52,715 bases of DNA. It comes from Klebsiella phage vB_Ko_K29PH164C1. This document shows, piece after piece, positions 29,778 to 38,312 of this stretch. The position numbers and the translations under genes are program-made. A model generated the notes under the pieces. That model saw nothing but the letters and a program-made list of their open reading frames with translations, made no database searches and was not told where the DNA came from. Where the stretch lies: the sequence record OY757094.1; one strand, given 5' to 3'. Position 1 is the first letter of the stretch; the number at the start of each line of letters is the position of its first letter.

Positions 29778-30164
29778 CTATCGAACTACTCGCATCATTT
29801 CGCGCTTCTGGCACCGCATGGTAAGCGCCTTGCCGTTAGAATCGAATTGCAGATCTGGACGGCAGAACGAAGCACGATAGCCCTTGCACTTATTGCGAAC
29901 ATAATCACGATGCACCGCCATAGCGCCGTGAACCGAAATCATGCCGTTTTTCTTCCAGTTTTGCAACGCCTGGTAAGTAACCTTTAAGCGCCTTGCCATT
30001 TCGGCTTGCGTACCGTAATATTCAAACACCGCATCAAGACGGGCGCGCAACCCGGCGCGAACTTCATCCTTCAGCACGTAGTAACCAGTTCGGCGTTTGC
30101 GTGGCTTCTTATCTTCTCCGCGTTGGGTTCCGTTGTTTCCGTTAATGGTTCGCTTGTCAACCAT
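29778..30164 (-). CDS. HTH transcriptional regulator (Cro/YdaS-like)
   Basis: YYGTQAEMARRLKVTYQALQNWKKNGMISVHGAMAVHRD helix-turn-helix; RBS GAGGTG. Confidence 0.75.
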   Translation of the reverse strand: MVDKRTINGNNGTQRGEDKKPRKRRTGYYVLKDEVRAGLRARLDAVFEYYGTQAEMARRLKVTYQALQNWKKNGMISVHGAMAVHRDYVRNKCKGYRASFCRPDLQFDSNGKALTMRCQKREMMRVVR

Positions 30165-30175
30165 AATTCACCTCA

Positions 30176-30218
30176 TAGCATTTTTTGTTAAACGTGGTAT
30201 CTTGTAAGGCGTTATTAT
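30176..30218 (+). promoter_or_regulatory. Promoter-family element upstream of helicase
   Basis: TAGCATTTTTTGTTA (30176-30190), 22 bp, TATTAT (30213-30218). Confidence 0.65.
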
Positions 30219-30252
30219 AACCGTATTATTGCGTAAAGGTAAGAGTAAAATC

Positions 30253-32286
30253 ATGGCTAAACCAATTAAACAGCAAATCGCCGATTTGGGCGAGGCGAAG
30301 ATAAAAGAACTTCAGCAAAAATACACCGTTGGCCCGGTTGTTCCTTATCCTTATCAGTGCGTTATGTTCGATGAGATCGGAAAGCGCATAGGTAAATATG
30401 AGCATCCGTTTTACATAAAGGCTTCAGTGTCGGCAGGTAAAACCATTGGCTTTGCAATGGTTGCCTCGCGTATCCGGGATCTCGGCCTGTCAATGATGAT
30501 ACTTGCCCGCCAGGGCGAGATCGTGAAGCAGGATTCCGAGGAGCTATCAAACTTCGACGTTCCCAACTCCGTCTATTGCGCTGGCCTTGGCACAAAATCA
30601 GCATACTTTCCGATCGTTGTAGGCTCGGAAGGGACGGTTGTAGGCGGGTTGTTTAAGGCGCTGGGTGATTTCGTTCCTTCCGTCCTGGGGATAGATGAAT
30701 GCCATCAGGTGGATTGGGAAGATCTAGCGGAAGCGATAAAAAACGGCGAATCATTCGAGCAGATGAGTAGAGCCAAAACAGCGCCGTACAAAATCAATGG
30801 CGAGGTTTGCGATGCCAGCATAGAGCCTTGCGATATGGATTGCGTAATATACGGAACCGGGCGCACTCAGTATACGCAAATCATCATAGAGTTAATGCGC
30901 CGATGCAAAGAGAAGACAGGCCGCGAGCTTAGAATCTTCGGCATGACTGGTTCAGAGTTTCGCGGGACGACTCCGATCCTGGTTGAAGACAAGGATAAGC
31001 CGGGATTCTGGCGCGAGCAGGTAACGGACATTGACACCGATTATTTAATCGAATTCGGTTCGGTTGTCCCTACGCGATTCGGCGATGATATCGGTGATTT
31101 AGGTTACGATCTGGATGAATTCCACGCATCAAGCCGTGACGGCGGCGAGTTCACGATCGCCGAGCTTAAGAAGATGGAAAAGAAGATTCATGATTCAGGT
31201 GATATGACGAAGCGAATCATGGAAAGGGTTGTTGAGCGAGCCAAGGATAGAAACGGCGTGCTGATAACTTGCGCCGGACAGCGCCACTGTAAAGAGGCGG
31301 CAAGCTACTTACCTGAAGGCTCGACGTATGCGATTATCACGGAATCAATGACGGGCAAGAAACGAGGTGATATCCTGGAGGCTGCGAACCGTGGAGAGGT
31401 GAAGTACATTTTCCAAGTTATGGCCCTAACGACTGGCGTTAACGTTCCATTTTGGGATTTCTCTGTGATACTCAGGAAGATAGGCAGCTTAACGTTACTC
31501 ATCCAGCTTTTGGGGCGAGGTATGAGGCTTCTTAAGGGTTGGCAGAAAGAAGCGCCTTATCACTTTGAAAAACACGATCACTTAGTATGGGACTTCGCCG
31601 GGACGATGGACGAATTAGGGCAGCTTTATTTCAACCCGATCCTTGAGCAGGCGCAGTATCAACGCCGAGGAAGCGACAAGCAGCCGCCTAAACCATGCCC
31701 GAAATGCGGAAAGGAAAACAGCTTCCACGCTCGCCGATGCATCGCCACGGATGAGAACGGTAATCGATGCGATTATTTCTGGAAGTCTCAGCGATGCGAA
31801 GACCAGAAAGATGAGAAAACAGGGCGGCTAAAAGTAAGGGGTTGCGGCATAGAAAACGACGTTGTAGCCCGAATTTGTCGAGGTTGTGGCGTGTCGCTAA
31901 AAGATCCCAACGATAACCTTACCGGGAAGCACTATACGCTTAACGATTGGTATGATGTTGTAGGTTTTGATATTGGACTCACTCGCAACCAGACCGGGAT
32001 TCTGTTCAACTACGTACTCGTTGACAAACACGGCGACAGGTTCACAGCTACGGAGAAGTTTTTCCCCGAATCTGACAACGCGATTTGTGGTAAGCTATGG
32101 CGGCAAAAGGGAGTATTCCCCCATGTATTCGATCCGGTGATGCGCGGTAAGTTGGGGGCGTACAAAAACGCAAGAAAGATTATCGAACACCAGGAATTCT
32201 TTGCAGCGCCTAAGCGCGTTACGCATAGGGTAAATGGCAAGAAAGAAGACATTATTTCACGTAAGGATTTTGGAAATGATTACTGA
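30253..32286 (+). CDS. DEAD/DEAH-type superfamily 2 helicase
   Basis: ASVSAGKTIGFAMVASRI (Walker A), GIDECHQVDWE (DExH), VNVPFWDFSVILRKIGSLTLLIQLLGRGMRL (motif VI), C-terminal zinc-finger cysteines. Confidence 0.92.
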   Translation: MAKPIKQQIADLGEAKIKELQQKYTVGPVVPYPYQCVMFDEIGKRIGKYEHPFYIKASVSAGKTIGFAMVASRIRDLGLSMMILARQGEIVKQDSEELSNFDVPNSVYCAGLGTKSAYFPIVVGSEGTVVGGLFKALGDFVPSVLGIDECHQVDWEDLAEAIKNGESFEQMSRAKTAPYKINGEVCDASIEPCDMDCVIYGTGRTQYTQIIIELMRRCKEKTGRELRIFGMTGSEFRGTTPILVEDKDKPGFWREQVTDIDTDYLIEFGSVVPTRFGDDIGDLGYDLDEFHASSRDGGEFTIAELKKMEKKIHDSGDMTKRIMERVVERAKDRNGVLITCAGQRHCKEAASYLPEGSTYAIITESMTGKKRGDILEAANRGEVKYIFQVMALTTGVNVPFWDFSVILRKIGSLTLLIQLLGRGMRLLKGWQKEAPYHFEKHDHLVWDFAGTMDELGQLYFNPILEQAQYQRRGSDKQPPKPCPKCGKENSFHARRCIATDENGNRCDYFWKSQRCEDQKDEKTGRLKVRGCGIENDVVARICRGCGVSLKDPNDNLTGKHYTLNDWYDVVGFDIGLTRNQTGILFNYVLVDKHGDRFTATEKFFPESDNAICGKLWRQKGVFPHVFDPVMRGKLGAYKNARKIIEHQEFFAAPKRVTHRVNGKKEDIISRKDFGNDY

Positions 32287-32611
32287 TAAAGGCGATTATT
32301 TAGAGTATTACGGCGGGGCGGTTAAGTCATGCCACAAGGAAGATTGGGAGCAGGTTGTTTGTTTCGATTGGGCTAAGTATAACTACCCTCAATATGTTTT
32401 CTGGCATAGCGTTAACGAGGGTAAAAAGCATATACACACCGCCTTGCGCGACGAACAGGCGGGATTGCTTAAGGGGGTATCTGACTTCGTGATCCTGATT
32501 GGTTTGTCCGATGGGCCTTACCCATTCGGGGCCATTGAGCTAAAGCGGCAGGGTAAAAGTCAGTCTTCTCCAGTAAGCAAGGAGCAAAAGGATTTCCTTA
32601 AGCGAATCTGA
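32276..32611 (+). pseudogene. VRR-NUC domain nuclease, 5' part of frameshifted ORF
   Basis: ITDKGDYLEYYGGAVKSCHKEDWEQVVCF...GVSDFVILIGLSDGPYPFGAIELKRQGKSQSSPVSKEQKDFLKRI*; disrupted by the 127-bp duplication. Confidence 0.8.
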
Positions 32612-32732
32612 CTTCGTGATCCTGATTGGTTTGTCCGATGGGCCTTACCCATTCGGGGCCATTGAGCTAAAGCGGCAGGGTAAAAGTCAGTCTTCTCCAG
32701 TAAGCAAGGAGCAAAAGGATTTCCTTAAGCGA
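32479..32732 (+). repeat. Exact 127-bp tandem direct repeat (32479-32605 and 32606-32732)
   Basis: Read directly: atctgacttcgtgatcctgatt...ttccttaagcga occurs twice back to back. Confidence 0.97.
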
Positions 32733-32825
32733 GTAAGGGGGCGCGGAGGGTTTGCCGCCGTCGCCTATGGGAATGAGCAATTTAAGTTGGCATGGCTTGA
32801 CATGTTAGGTATAGAGCACGAATAG
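32616..32825 (+). pseudogene. VRR-NUC nuclease, 3' part (second repeat copy + RVRGRGGFAAVAYGNEQFKLAWLDMLGIEHE)
   Basis: Restored full ORF if one 127-bp copy is removed. Confidence 0.75.
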
Positions 32826-32856
32826 CTAAAAAAATTTACGGGGAAGTCTGTATGAT
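32814..32856 (+). promoter_or_regulatory. Promoter-family element upstream of Dam
   Basis: GAGCACGAATAGCTA, 22 bp, TATGAT (32851-32856), enclosed by GGGGAA...TTCCCC. Confidence 0.6.
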
Positions 32857-32885
32857 TCCCCTATACCAATCAGCGAGGTTTCACA

Positions 32886-33614
32886 ATGAAAGATACTTTT
32901 GACGAAGATACACACGACGCATTCACCAGCTTTGAGCAGATCGAGCGGGAAACGTTCATCGGTAACGCATTGACCCTCGGCGGTCATTACCAGGCGGTAA
33001 AGCCTGATACCTTCTACCAGGTTACAGGCAACCGTTACGCCGGAAGTAAGACGCCGGATATTGTGCGCGATAAGTGGTCAACCGATCGCACGCTGATAGC
33101 CTACATGGAAGATCGATACGGCCCTTACGATCTGGACGCCGCAGCAGACGAAAGCAATACAGTTTGCGCGAAGTTCTATAACGAAAAGACCGATTGCCTT
33201 AAACGCTGGTGGGGTAAGAATAAGCACGTTTGGCTTAACCCTCCGTACTCATTCCCCGATCCATTTATTCTCAAGGCGATTGAGCAGATGGAGCACGATA
33301 ACCAGATCGATATCCTGCTACCCGGCGACAACTCAACCGCCTGGTTTCGCGATGCGCAGCGCGCCGCCGCCGAGGTGATTTGGATTGTAGCGGATTCTGA
33401 AGAAAACGAAGATAAGCAGCTTGTTAGCCGTTCCGGGCGACTGGCATTTATCAACGGCCTAACCGGGAAGCCAGTAGACAACAACAACAAGGGAAGCGTT
33501 ATTTTCATCATGCGCAAGCTTGAACCTGGTGAAGAGCAAAAAACGTTCTATATTCCAGTTAGTGAGATTTGCCCCTCATCCACCAAAAAGAAAATGCGTA
33601 AGCGCGGAGTGTAA
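32886..33614 (+). CDS. Phage DNA N6-adenine methyltransferase
   Basis: WSTDRTLIAYMEDRYGPYDLDAAADESNTVCAKFYNEKTD...HVWLNPPYS (DPPY-type motif IV). Confidence 0.9.
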   Translation: MKDTFDEDTHDAFTSFEQIERETFIGNALTLGGHYQAVKPDTFYQVTGNRYAGSKTPDIVRDKWSTDRTLIAYMEDRYGPYDLDAAADESNTVCAKFYNEKTDCLKRWWGKNKHVWLNPPYSFPDPFILKAIEQMEHDNQIDILLPGDNSTAWFRDAQRAAAEVIWIVADSEENEDKQLVSRSGRLAFINGLTGKPVDNNNKGSVIFIMRKLEPGEEQKTFYIPVSEICPSSTKKKMRKRGV

Positions 33615-33617
33615 AAG

Positions 33618-33857
33618 ATGGAAATCGTACAATCATTCGAACCGGAACAAATGGAAGTGATTCTTAAAGATCTTTATTGCGGCATGGTTTGCCGTAAGCT
33701 GAAAGCGGCGGGCCTTTTCCCATTCCTGGATTGCGATCCTTATGAGTTCGCGCTATCGCTTGATATGAGTTTTGAAGAAATCATGTCGGAGCCGCTGGGT
33801 TCGTGGGAGGCTATCGTTGATGCCGATCTTGAATCCTTCGCCAAAGATTTAAAATAG
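33618..33857 (+). CDS. Hypothetical protein
   Basis: ORF tightly following the methyltransferase; stop TAG lies in the regulatory motif. Confidence 0.55.
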   Translation: MEIVQSFEPEQMEVILKDLYCGMVCRKLKAAGLFPFLDCDPYEFALSLDMSFEEIMSEPLGSWEAIVDADLESFAKDLK

Positions 33858-33897
33858 CACTTTTTGCATAACTATACCCGCCGCGCGCGGGTATTAT
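33855..33897 (+). promoter_or_regulatory. Promoter-family element
   Basis: TAGCACTTTTTGCAT, 22 bp, TATTAT (33892-33897). Confidence 0.65.
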
Positions 33898-33927
33898 TGT
33901 TTGCATCAAAGACAAGAGGATTCAATC

Positions 33928-34122
33928 ATGAAAGCGAAAGTTCACTTCCCGCACCTGCTTAACCTTTCCCGCCAGTGCATGAAAGCATATATGGAAAACC
34001 CAAGTGAAAACGGCCTTGATGGCGTGATAGGTGAGATTTATTTCCGCGCCGCCTACGGGCTGGAAACTGTAAACATGTACGAAGAAATGAACGAGGCTTT
34101 TGATATAAATGGCGATAGTTGA
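33928..34122 (+). CDS. Hypothetical protein
   Basis: ATG with upstream RBS AAGAGGA (MKAKVHFPHLLNLSRQCMK). Confidence 0.5.
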   Translation: MKAKVHFPHLLNLSRQCMKAYMENPSENGLDGVIGEIYFRAAYGLETVNMYEEMNEAFDINGDS

Positions 34123-34345
34123 ATCAGGACGCGAGGCAGTTTGGCAGCACGCCAAAGAGGCGGGCATTGCCAAGGATATAGCACTAATTGCTAAGTATTT
34201 CGATATAAAAGATATTAGCATTGTGTTTAATGGGAAGTTTACCTTCCTTCACGAAAGGCCGCGACGGGTTAAAAGAATCTGTGTAGCCGCCGCGGCTCCG
34301 CACGATCTTAAGTGGTATCTTGCGGATGCCAGAACCAAAAAGTAG
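34109..34345 (+). CDS. Hypothetical protein
   Basis: ORF overlapping the upstream stop. Confidence 0.45.
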   Translation: MAIVESGREAVWQHAKEAGIAKDIALIAKYFDIKDISIVFNGKFTFLHERPRRVKRICVAAAAPHDLKWYLADARTKK

Positions 34346-34362
34346 TTGAGGAAAATGTTAAA

Positions 34363-34440
34363 ATGCGATACATTCTGATTCTAATATTGCCGCCTTTGTT
34401 GGTGATATTGTCACTCAACTACTTAATTCAAATAGGTTAA
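34363..34440 (+). CDS. Candidate 25-aa membrane microprotein
   Basis: MRYILILILPPLLVILSLNYLIQIG with RBS GAGGAAAA; below ORF-track size cut-off. Confidence 0.3.
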   Translation: MRYILILILPPLLVILSLNYLIQIG

Positions 34441-34442
34441 TT

Positions 34443-35570
34443 ATGAAGATTACAGATCAGGAATTTTTGGACGCCAGAAAGGGCGGGATGACTTATAAGC
34501 AAATCGCCGAGGAGTTCGATATGAATATTCGAAGCGTTGAGCGTCGCGGCGTCCGCTTGGCGCGTCAAGGTCACTTACATGGAAACGAGCATGTAGCGAA
34601 ACACATCCCGGACGGCTTCGGCGTCAAAGGCACTTCGACCATGATTCGCGGCGATGGCTCCGAGGTTGTCCGCTGGGTTAAGTCAGAAGTTGACCGCGAT
34701 CGGATGATTGCATTAATGGAAGCGGCGCAAGCTTCATTTTGTGAAGACCTTCCGCGAGTCGAACCGCAACCTTTAAACTCAAATCACGGCTGTATTGAGG
34801 ATCACCTTGCGTTGTATCCGGTATTCGATCTGCACATCGGCGCGATGGCGCATAAGCATGAATGCGGCGAGAACTACGACACCAGCACCGCCGAGAAAGT
34901 TTTAGGTCAGTTCTTCGACTACGCAACCGAAGTTGCACCGAAGGCAAAGAAAGCCGTTCTTCTGGTTGGCGGCGACTTCCTGCATTCTGACGGCCTTGAT
35001 GCCGTGACGCCTGCAAGCGGACACGTATTAGACCAAGATAGCCGATACGCGAAGTTAGTTTATGTTGCAATCCGATCGCTTCGCCGTGGCATCGCTAAGA
35101 TGCTGGATGTTCACCATGATGTTGAGATCCAAGTTATCGAAGGGAACCACGACCAGGCCGGGATGATTTGGCTGCGCGCCGCGCTCGCTGCATTCTACGA
35201 AAACGAGCCGCGCGTTTACGTTGACGTTAGTCCCGCCATTCTGCATCGAACCAAGTGGGGGAAAACCTTGCTGGGCTATACGCATGGTCACACCATGAAG
35301 AAGGCCGACACGCGATTGCAGGCAATGGCTACTGACTTCCGCGAGGAGTTCGGGGATAGTAAATACGTCTATACGCATTCGGGCCACTGGCATCACCAGA
35401 CGGTAAGCGAATGCACGTTAGGCATTGACGAAATTCACGGCCAGTTAGGCGCGAAGGATGCTTATGCTGCGCGCGGCGGCTGGCGCTCTTATCGCCAGGC
35501 TGCGGTTATCGTGTATAGCAAACAGTTCGGCGAAGTGGGCCGCTTCATCTACCGCCCGGAAATGAAATAA
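34443..35570 (+). CDS. Calcineurin-like metallophosphoesterase with N-terminal HTH
   Basis: VFDLHIGAMAHKHE, LLVGGDFLHSD, VIEGNHDQAG, YTHSGHWHHQ metal-binding motifs; MTYKQIAEEFDMNIRSVERRG HTH. Confidence 0.85.
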   Translation: MKITDQEFLDARKGGMTYKQIAEEFDMNIRSVERRGVRLARQGHLHGNEHVAKHIPDGFGVKGTSTMIRGDGSEVVRWVKSEVDRDRMIALMEAAQASFCEDLPRVEPQPLNSNHGCIEDHLALYPVFDLHIGAMAHKHECGENYDTSTAEKVLGQFFDYATEVAPKAKKAVLLVGGDFLHSDGLDAVTPASGHVLDQDSRYAKLVYVAIRSLRRGIAKMLDVHHDVEIQVIEGNHDQAGMIWLRAALAAFYENEPRVYVDVSPAILHRTKWGKTLLGYTHGHTMKKADTRLQAMATDFREEFGDSKYVYTHSGHWHHQTVSECTLGIDEIHGQLGAKDAYAARGGWRSYRQAAVIVYSKQFGEVGRFIYRPEMK

Positions 35571-35616
35571 TCAACCATACCCGCCCCCGCGAGGGGGCTA
35601 TAAAGAGGAATTGCCA

Positions 35617-36123
35617 ATGTTAGAGAATCGCCCTGTAAAAGATATCGTTATCTTCGATCTGGATGGAACCATTGCGGACGGACGTCACCGCCTCCATCTA
35701 CTGCCGAAAAAGGATCTCCACCTAACCGAATCCTGGTCTGAATTCAACCGCGCTTGCGTTGGTGATGAAATTTTCGACGGTACGCTTGCCGTGATGAATG
35801 CCTGCTATGATTCGAACATGCTGGTTATCATCCTGACTGGTCGAAGTGATGAGGTTCGCTGGGAAACGGAGCATTGGCTGGCGGTTGCTGGCGCAAAATA
35901 TCACGTCCTGGAAATGCGCAAGCATGACGACAACCGCAAGGATACTATCATCAAAGAAGAGTATCTTCGCCATGTTGGGCTTGACCGAATCGCGGCGTGC
36001 TGGGATGATTCACCGAACGTTATTAATCACTTCCGGGCGATGGGCCTGCAAGTTTACCAGGTTTGCGACTACGGCAACGAAACTCGCGAAGATCTGAAAT
36101 CACACGGAGTAGAAAAGTTATGA
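35617..36123 (+). CDS. HAD-superfamily phosphatase (PseT-like 3' phosphatase domain)
   Basis: IVIFDLDGTIADGRHRLHLL, VIILTGRSD, CWDDSPNVINHFRAMG. Confidence 0.85.
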   Translation: MLENRPVKDIVIFDLDGTIADGRHRLHLLPKKDLHLTESWSEFNRACVGDEIFDGTLAVMNACYDSNMLVIILTGRSDEVRWETEHWLAVAGAKYHVLEMRKHDDNRKDTIIKEEYLRHVGLDRIAACWDDSPNVINHFRAMGLQVYQVCDYGNETREDLKSHGVEKL

Positions 36124-36698
36124 AAAAAGTAATCATTCTCAACGGCCCGCCAGGTTGCGGAAAGGATACCATCGCGCGCGTACTGGAAGAGATCGGCGGA
36201 TTCGATATCCATAGCTTCAAAAAGCCGATGTTCGATATTGCGGAAACGATGTTAGGCCCGGTAAAATTCAAGCAGTTTATGAAGCTTTACAACGATCGGG
36301 ATACTAAAGAAATGCCTTGCGATCTGCTGGGCCAAATGTCGCCGCGTGAGTTCTTCATTCACATTAGCGAGTCATTCGTTAAGCCGATTTTAGGTAACGA
36401 ACAATTCGGCTACCTGGCGGCAAGCGGAGCGATTGAGGCAACCAGTCACGTAGTATTCAGCGATGGCGGTTTCCCGGATGAGGTTCGCGCGCTCATTGAG
36501 CATGAGCAATCCGATTATCACCTTTACCTTGTTCGACTGCATCGCGAAGGGTTCACGTTTGAAGGTGATAGCCGCAACTACGTGAATCTGTTCGAAGAGT
36601 ACCGAGGATACTATCGATATACTGAGATCGACTTCCATTTGACCAACGGCAACGCATACGACGACGCAAACGATATTATGGATCTCGTTTACGAATAG
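36120..36698 (+). CDS. Deoxynucleoside monophosphate kinase-like P-loop protein
   Basis: MKKVIILNGPPGCGKDTIARVLEE Walker A; ATGA overlap with previous gene. Confidence 0.8.
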   Translation: MKKVIILNGPPGCGKDTIARVLEEIGGFDIHSFKKPMFDIAETMLGPVKFKQFMKLYNDRDTKEMPCDLLGQMSPREFFIHISESFVKPILGNEQFGYLAASGAIEATSHVVFSDGGFPDEVRALIEHEQSDYHLYLVRLHREGFTFEGDSRNYVNLFEEYRGYYRYTEIDFHLTNGNAYDDANDIMDLVYE

Positions 36699-36738
36699 CA
36701 CGAATTACTAAACATACCCGGAGCAAGTCGGGTATAGT
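36696..36738 (+). promoter_or_regulatory. Promoter-family element
   Basis: TAGCACGAATTACTA, 22 bp, TATAGT (36733-36738). Confidence 0.7.
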
Positions 36739-36763
36739 TAGTTCAAAGAAACGGAGCAACCAA

Positions 36764-36898
36764 ATGATTGAGGATGACGAAATGAAAAAATTATTTACTA
36801 AGGCTGCAAACTATGCTATCGCTATCGGCTGCGGCCTCCTGGTAACTGGCTTAGGTTTGTGGGTTATTACATTGGCTGGAAACTTCAAAGGGTTCTAA
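36764..36898 (+). CDS. 44-aa single-TM protein (holin/antiholin candidate)
   Basis: MIEDDEMKKLFTKAANYAIAIGCGLLVTGLGLWVITLAGNFKGF; near the lysis genes. Confidence 0.4.
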   Translation: MIEDDEMKKLFTKAANYAIAIGCGLLVTGLGLWVITLAGNFKGF

Positions 36899-36899
36899 C

Positions 36900-37097
36900 A
36901 TGGCAACGAAATTTAATCGCGTGATTTGCCTCCGAAACGATTCTAAATCACTGCCTTTTAAGGTTGGCGTGCATTATAGTATCGGATATGATCACGGAGG
37001 AGGTAATTATGAGATCTACGATGGACGTGGTAGCATTATAATCGCACCGCTTGACGGTCATTATCTTGAGTTTTATCCCGTCATTCATTCCAAGTAA
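36900..37097 (+). CDS. Small 'C...FKVGVHYSI' family protein
   Basis: MATKFNRVICLRNDSKSLPFKVGVHYSIGYDHGGG. Confidence 0.55.
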   Translation: MATKFNRVICLRNDSKSLPFKVGVHYSIGYDHGGGNYEIYDGRGSIIIAPLDGHYLEFYPVIHSK

Positions 37098-37113
37098 TTC
37101 AACTACATACCCG

Positions 37114-37141
37114 GAAGGAGCCTTTATAGGCTCCTTTTTGT
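37114..37141 (+). terminator. Rho-independent terminator
   Basis: AAGGAGCC-TTTATA-GGCTCCTTTTTG. Confidence 0.75.
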
Positions 37142-37206
37142 TCTTCCATTTAATCCCCCGCCCGGTTATTATTCAAACATATATTTCAACTAACAGGGTC
37201 AACGCT

Positions 37207-37422
37207 ATGAGAGAGTTTATCAACGCCGCGACCACTGGCGGCGGTGGGGTTACTGCTGGGGGCTTGTTCTCCGGTCAAATCCTCATTGCGCTGGCTGGTC
37301 TTTTTCTTATGTTTACGTTTGGTGTATGGGGCGGATATCTTCGCTGGAAGGATTCGAAAGCGCTAAGGGAGGCGCTAGACGCCGGAGATATTCGAACGGC
37401 AATCAAGATCAGGAGCAAGTAA
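37207..37422 (+). CDS. Holin-like protein
   Basis: Hydrophobic GGLFSGQILIALAGLFLMFTFGVW, directly upstream of the endolysin. Confidence 0.65.
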   Translation: MREFINAATTGGGGVTAGGLFSGQILIALAGLFLMFTFGVWGGYLRWKDSKALREALDAGDIRTAIKIRSK

Positions 37423-37424
37423 CC

Positions 37425-37907
37425 ATGACGCCTAATCAAATCAAAACAACGCTAACGGGCGTTATGGGGGCGACGGCGATCCTTTTAATGCAGCTTGAGG
37501 ATACGCGATACGAAGTTTATTACGATATCGCCGGAATCCCCACGGTATGCGAAGGTATCACCGGGCCGGATGTTAAGATCGGAAAGAAGTATACACGCTA
37601 TGAATGCGATAAACTTCTTGAAAAGCATATCAACGTGGCAAAGCGAGAAGTAGACAAAGATATCAAGGTTAAGGTTCCCGACACGTTCCGCGCTGCAATG
37701 TACAGCTTCACTTTCAATGCTGGTACTGGCGCTTATCGCTATAGCCGGATGTTAACCCTAACCAACCAGGGCAGACTATACGAAGCGTGCGAACAGCTTC
37801 ACCGTTGGGTTTACTTTACCAACCCGAAAACGGGCAAGAAGGAAGTTTCTAAGGGGCTGAAAAATCGCCGCGCCACTGAGTTCAAAACCTGCATTAAGGA
37901 TCTGTAA
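37425..37907 (+). CDS. Endolysin, GH24 lysozyme, SAR-type N-terminus
   Basis: E-x8-D-x5-T catalytic triad in LEDTRYEVYYDIAGIPTVCEGITG; N-terminal weakly hydrophobic TLTGVMGATAILLMQ. Confidence 0.85.
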   Translation: MTPNQIKTTLTGVMGATAILLMQLEDTRYEVYYDIAGIPTVCEGITGPDVKIGKKYTRYECDKLLEKHINVAKREVDKDIKVKVPDTFRAAMYSFTFNAGTGAYRYSRMLTLTNQGRLYEACEQLHRWVYFTNPKTGKKEVSKGLKNRRATEFKTCIKDL

Positions 37908-37908
37908 A

Positions 37909-38301
37909 ATGAAACGACGATATTTAATTGTGCCACTTCTGGCAATGGCCTTATCTGGCTGTTCTGCTACTTCAGCGCTAACTGGCCTGATTGGTCAAAA
38001 GCCAGATATTACGGCGCAAGCTGGCGCTGAAAACGTTAAGCAAACGGTAGGTATTACAGCGAAACAGGACGCATCAAGCGAGCAGAAAACAGAGTTTAAG
38101 GATTCGGTTGTCGGCAAGGTCGATAGCTCCGCACGCAAGCGCGAGAACGCCACCAGCATCACAGCAGACACCATCACCGCCGAGAAGATCGAGGTTCACA
38201 ACTCCGACAGCGGTTTAGGGTTTGCATTGCTAGGCGCTACCCTATTAGCAATCCTAGCCTCCCTCCTCTACCTATTCCGCAAACAAAAAAAGGAGCCTTA
38301 A
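37909..38301 (+). CDS. Unimolecular spanin (u-spanin)
   Basis: Lipobox LALSGC in MKRRYLIVPLLAMALSGCSA plus C-terminal TM GFALLGATLLAILASLLYLF; follows the endolysin. Confidence 0.75.
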   Translation: MKRRYLIVPLLAMALSGCSATSALTGLIGQKPDITAQAGAENVKQTVGITAKQDASSEQKTEFKDSVVGKVDSSARKRENATSITADTITAEKIEVHNSDSGLGFALLGATLLAILASLLYLFRKQKKEP

Positions 38302-38312
38302 GGCTCCTTTCT
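38289..38312. terminator. Bidirectional terminator between convergent genes
   Basis: AAAGGAGCCTTAAGGCTCCTTTCTT. Confidence 0.8.

Noticed and set aside
32479-32732. Programmed frameshift or diversity-generating repeat in the VRR-NUC gene
   Set aside because: Two perfectly identical copies of exactly 127 bp with no divergence fit an untrimmed assembly overlap better than a biological mechanism.
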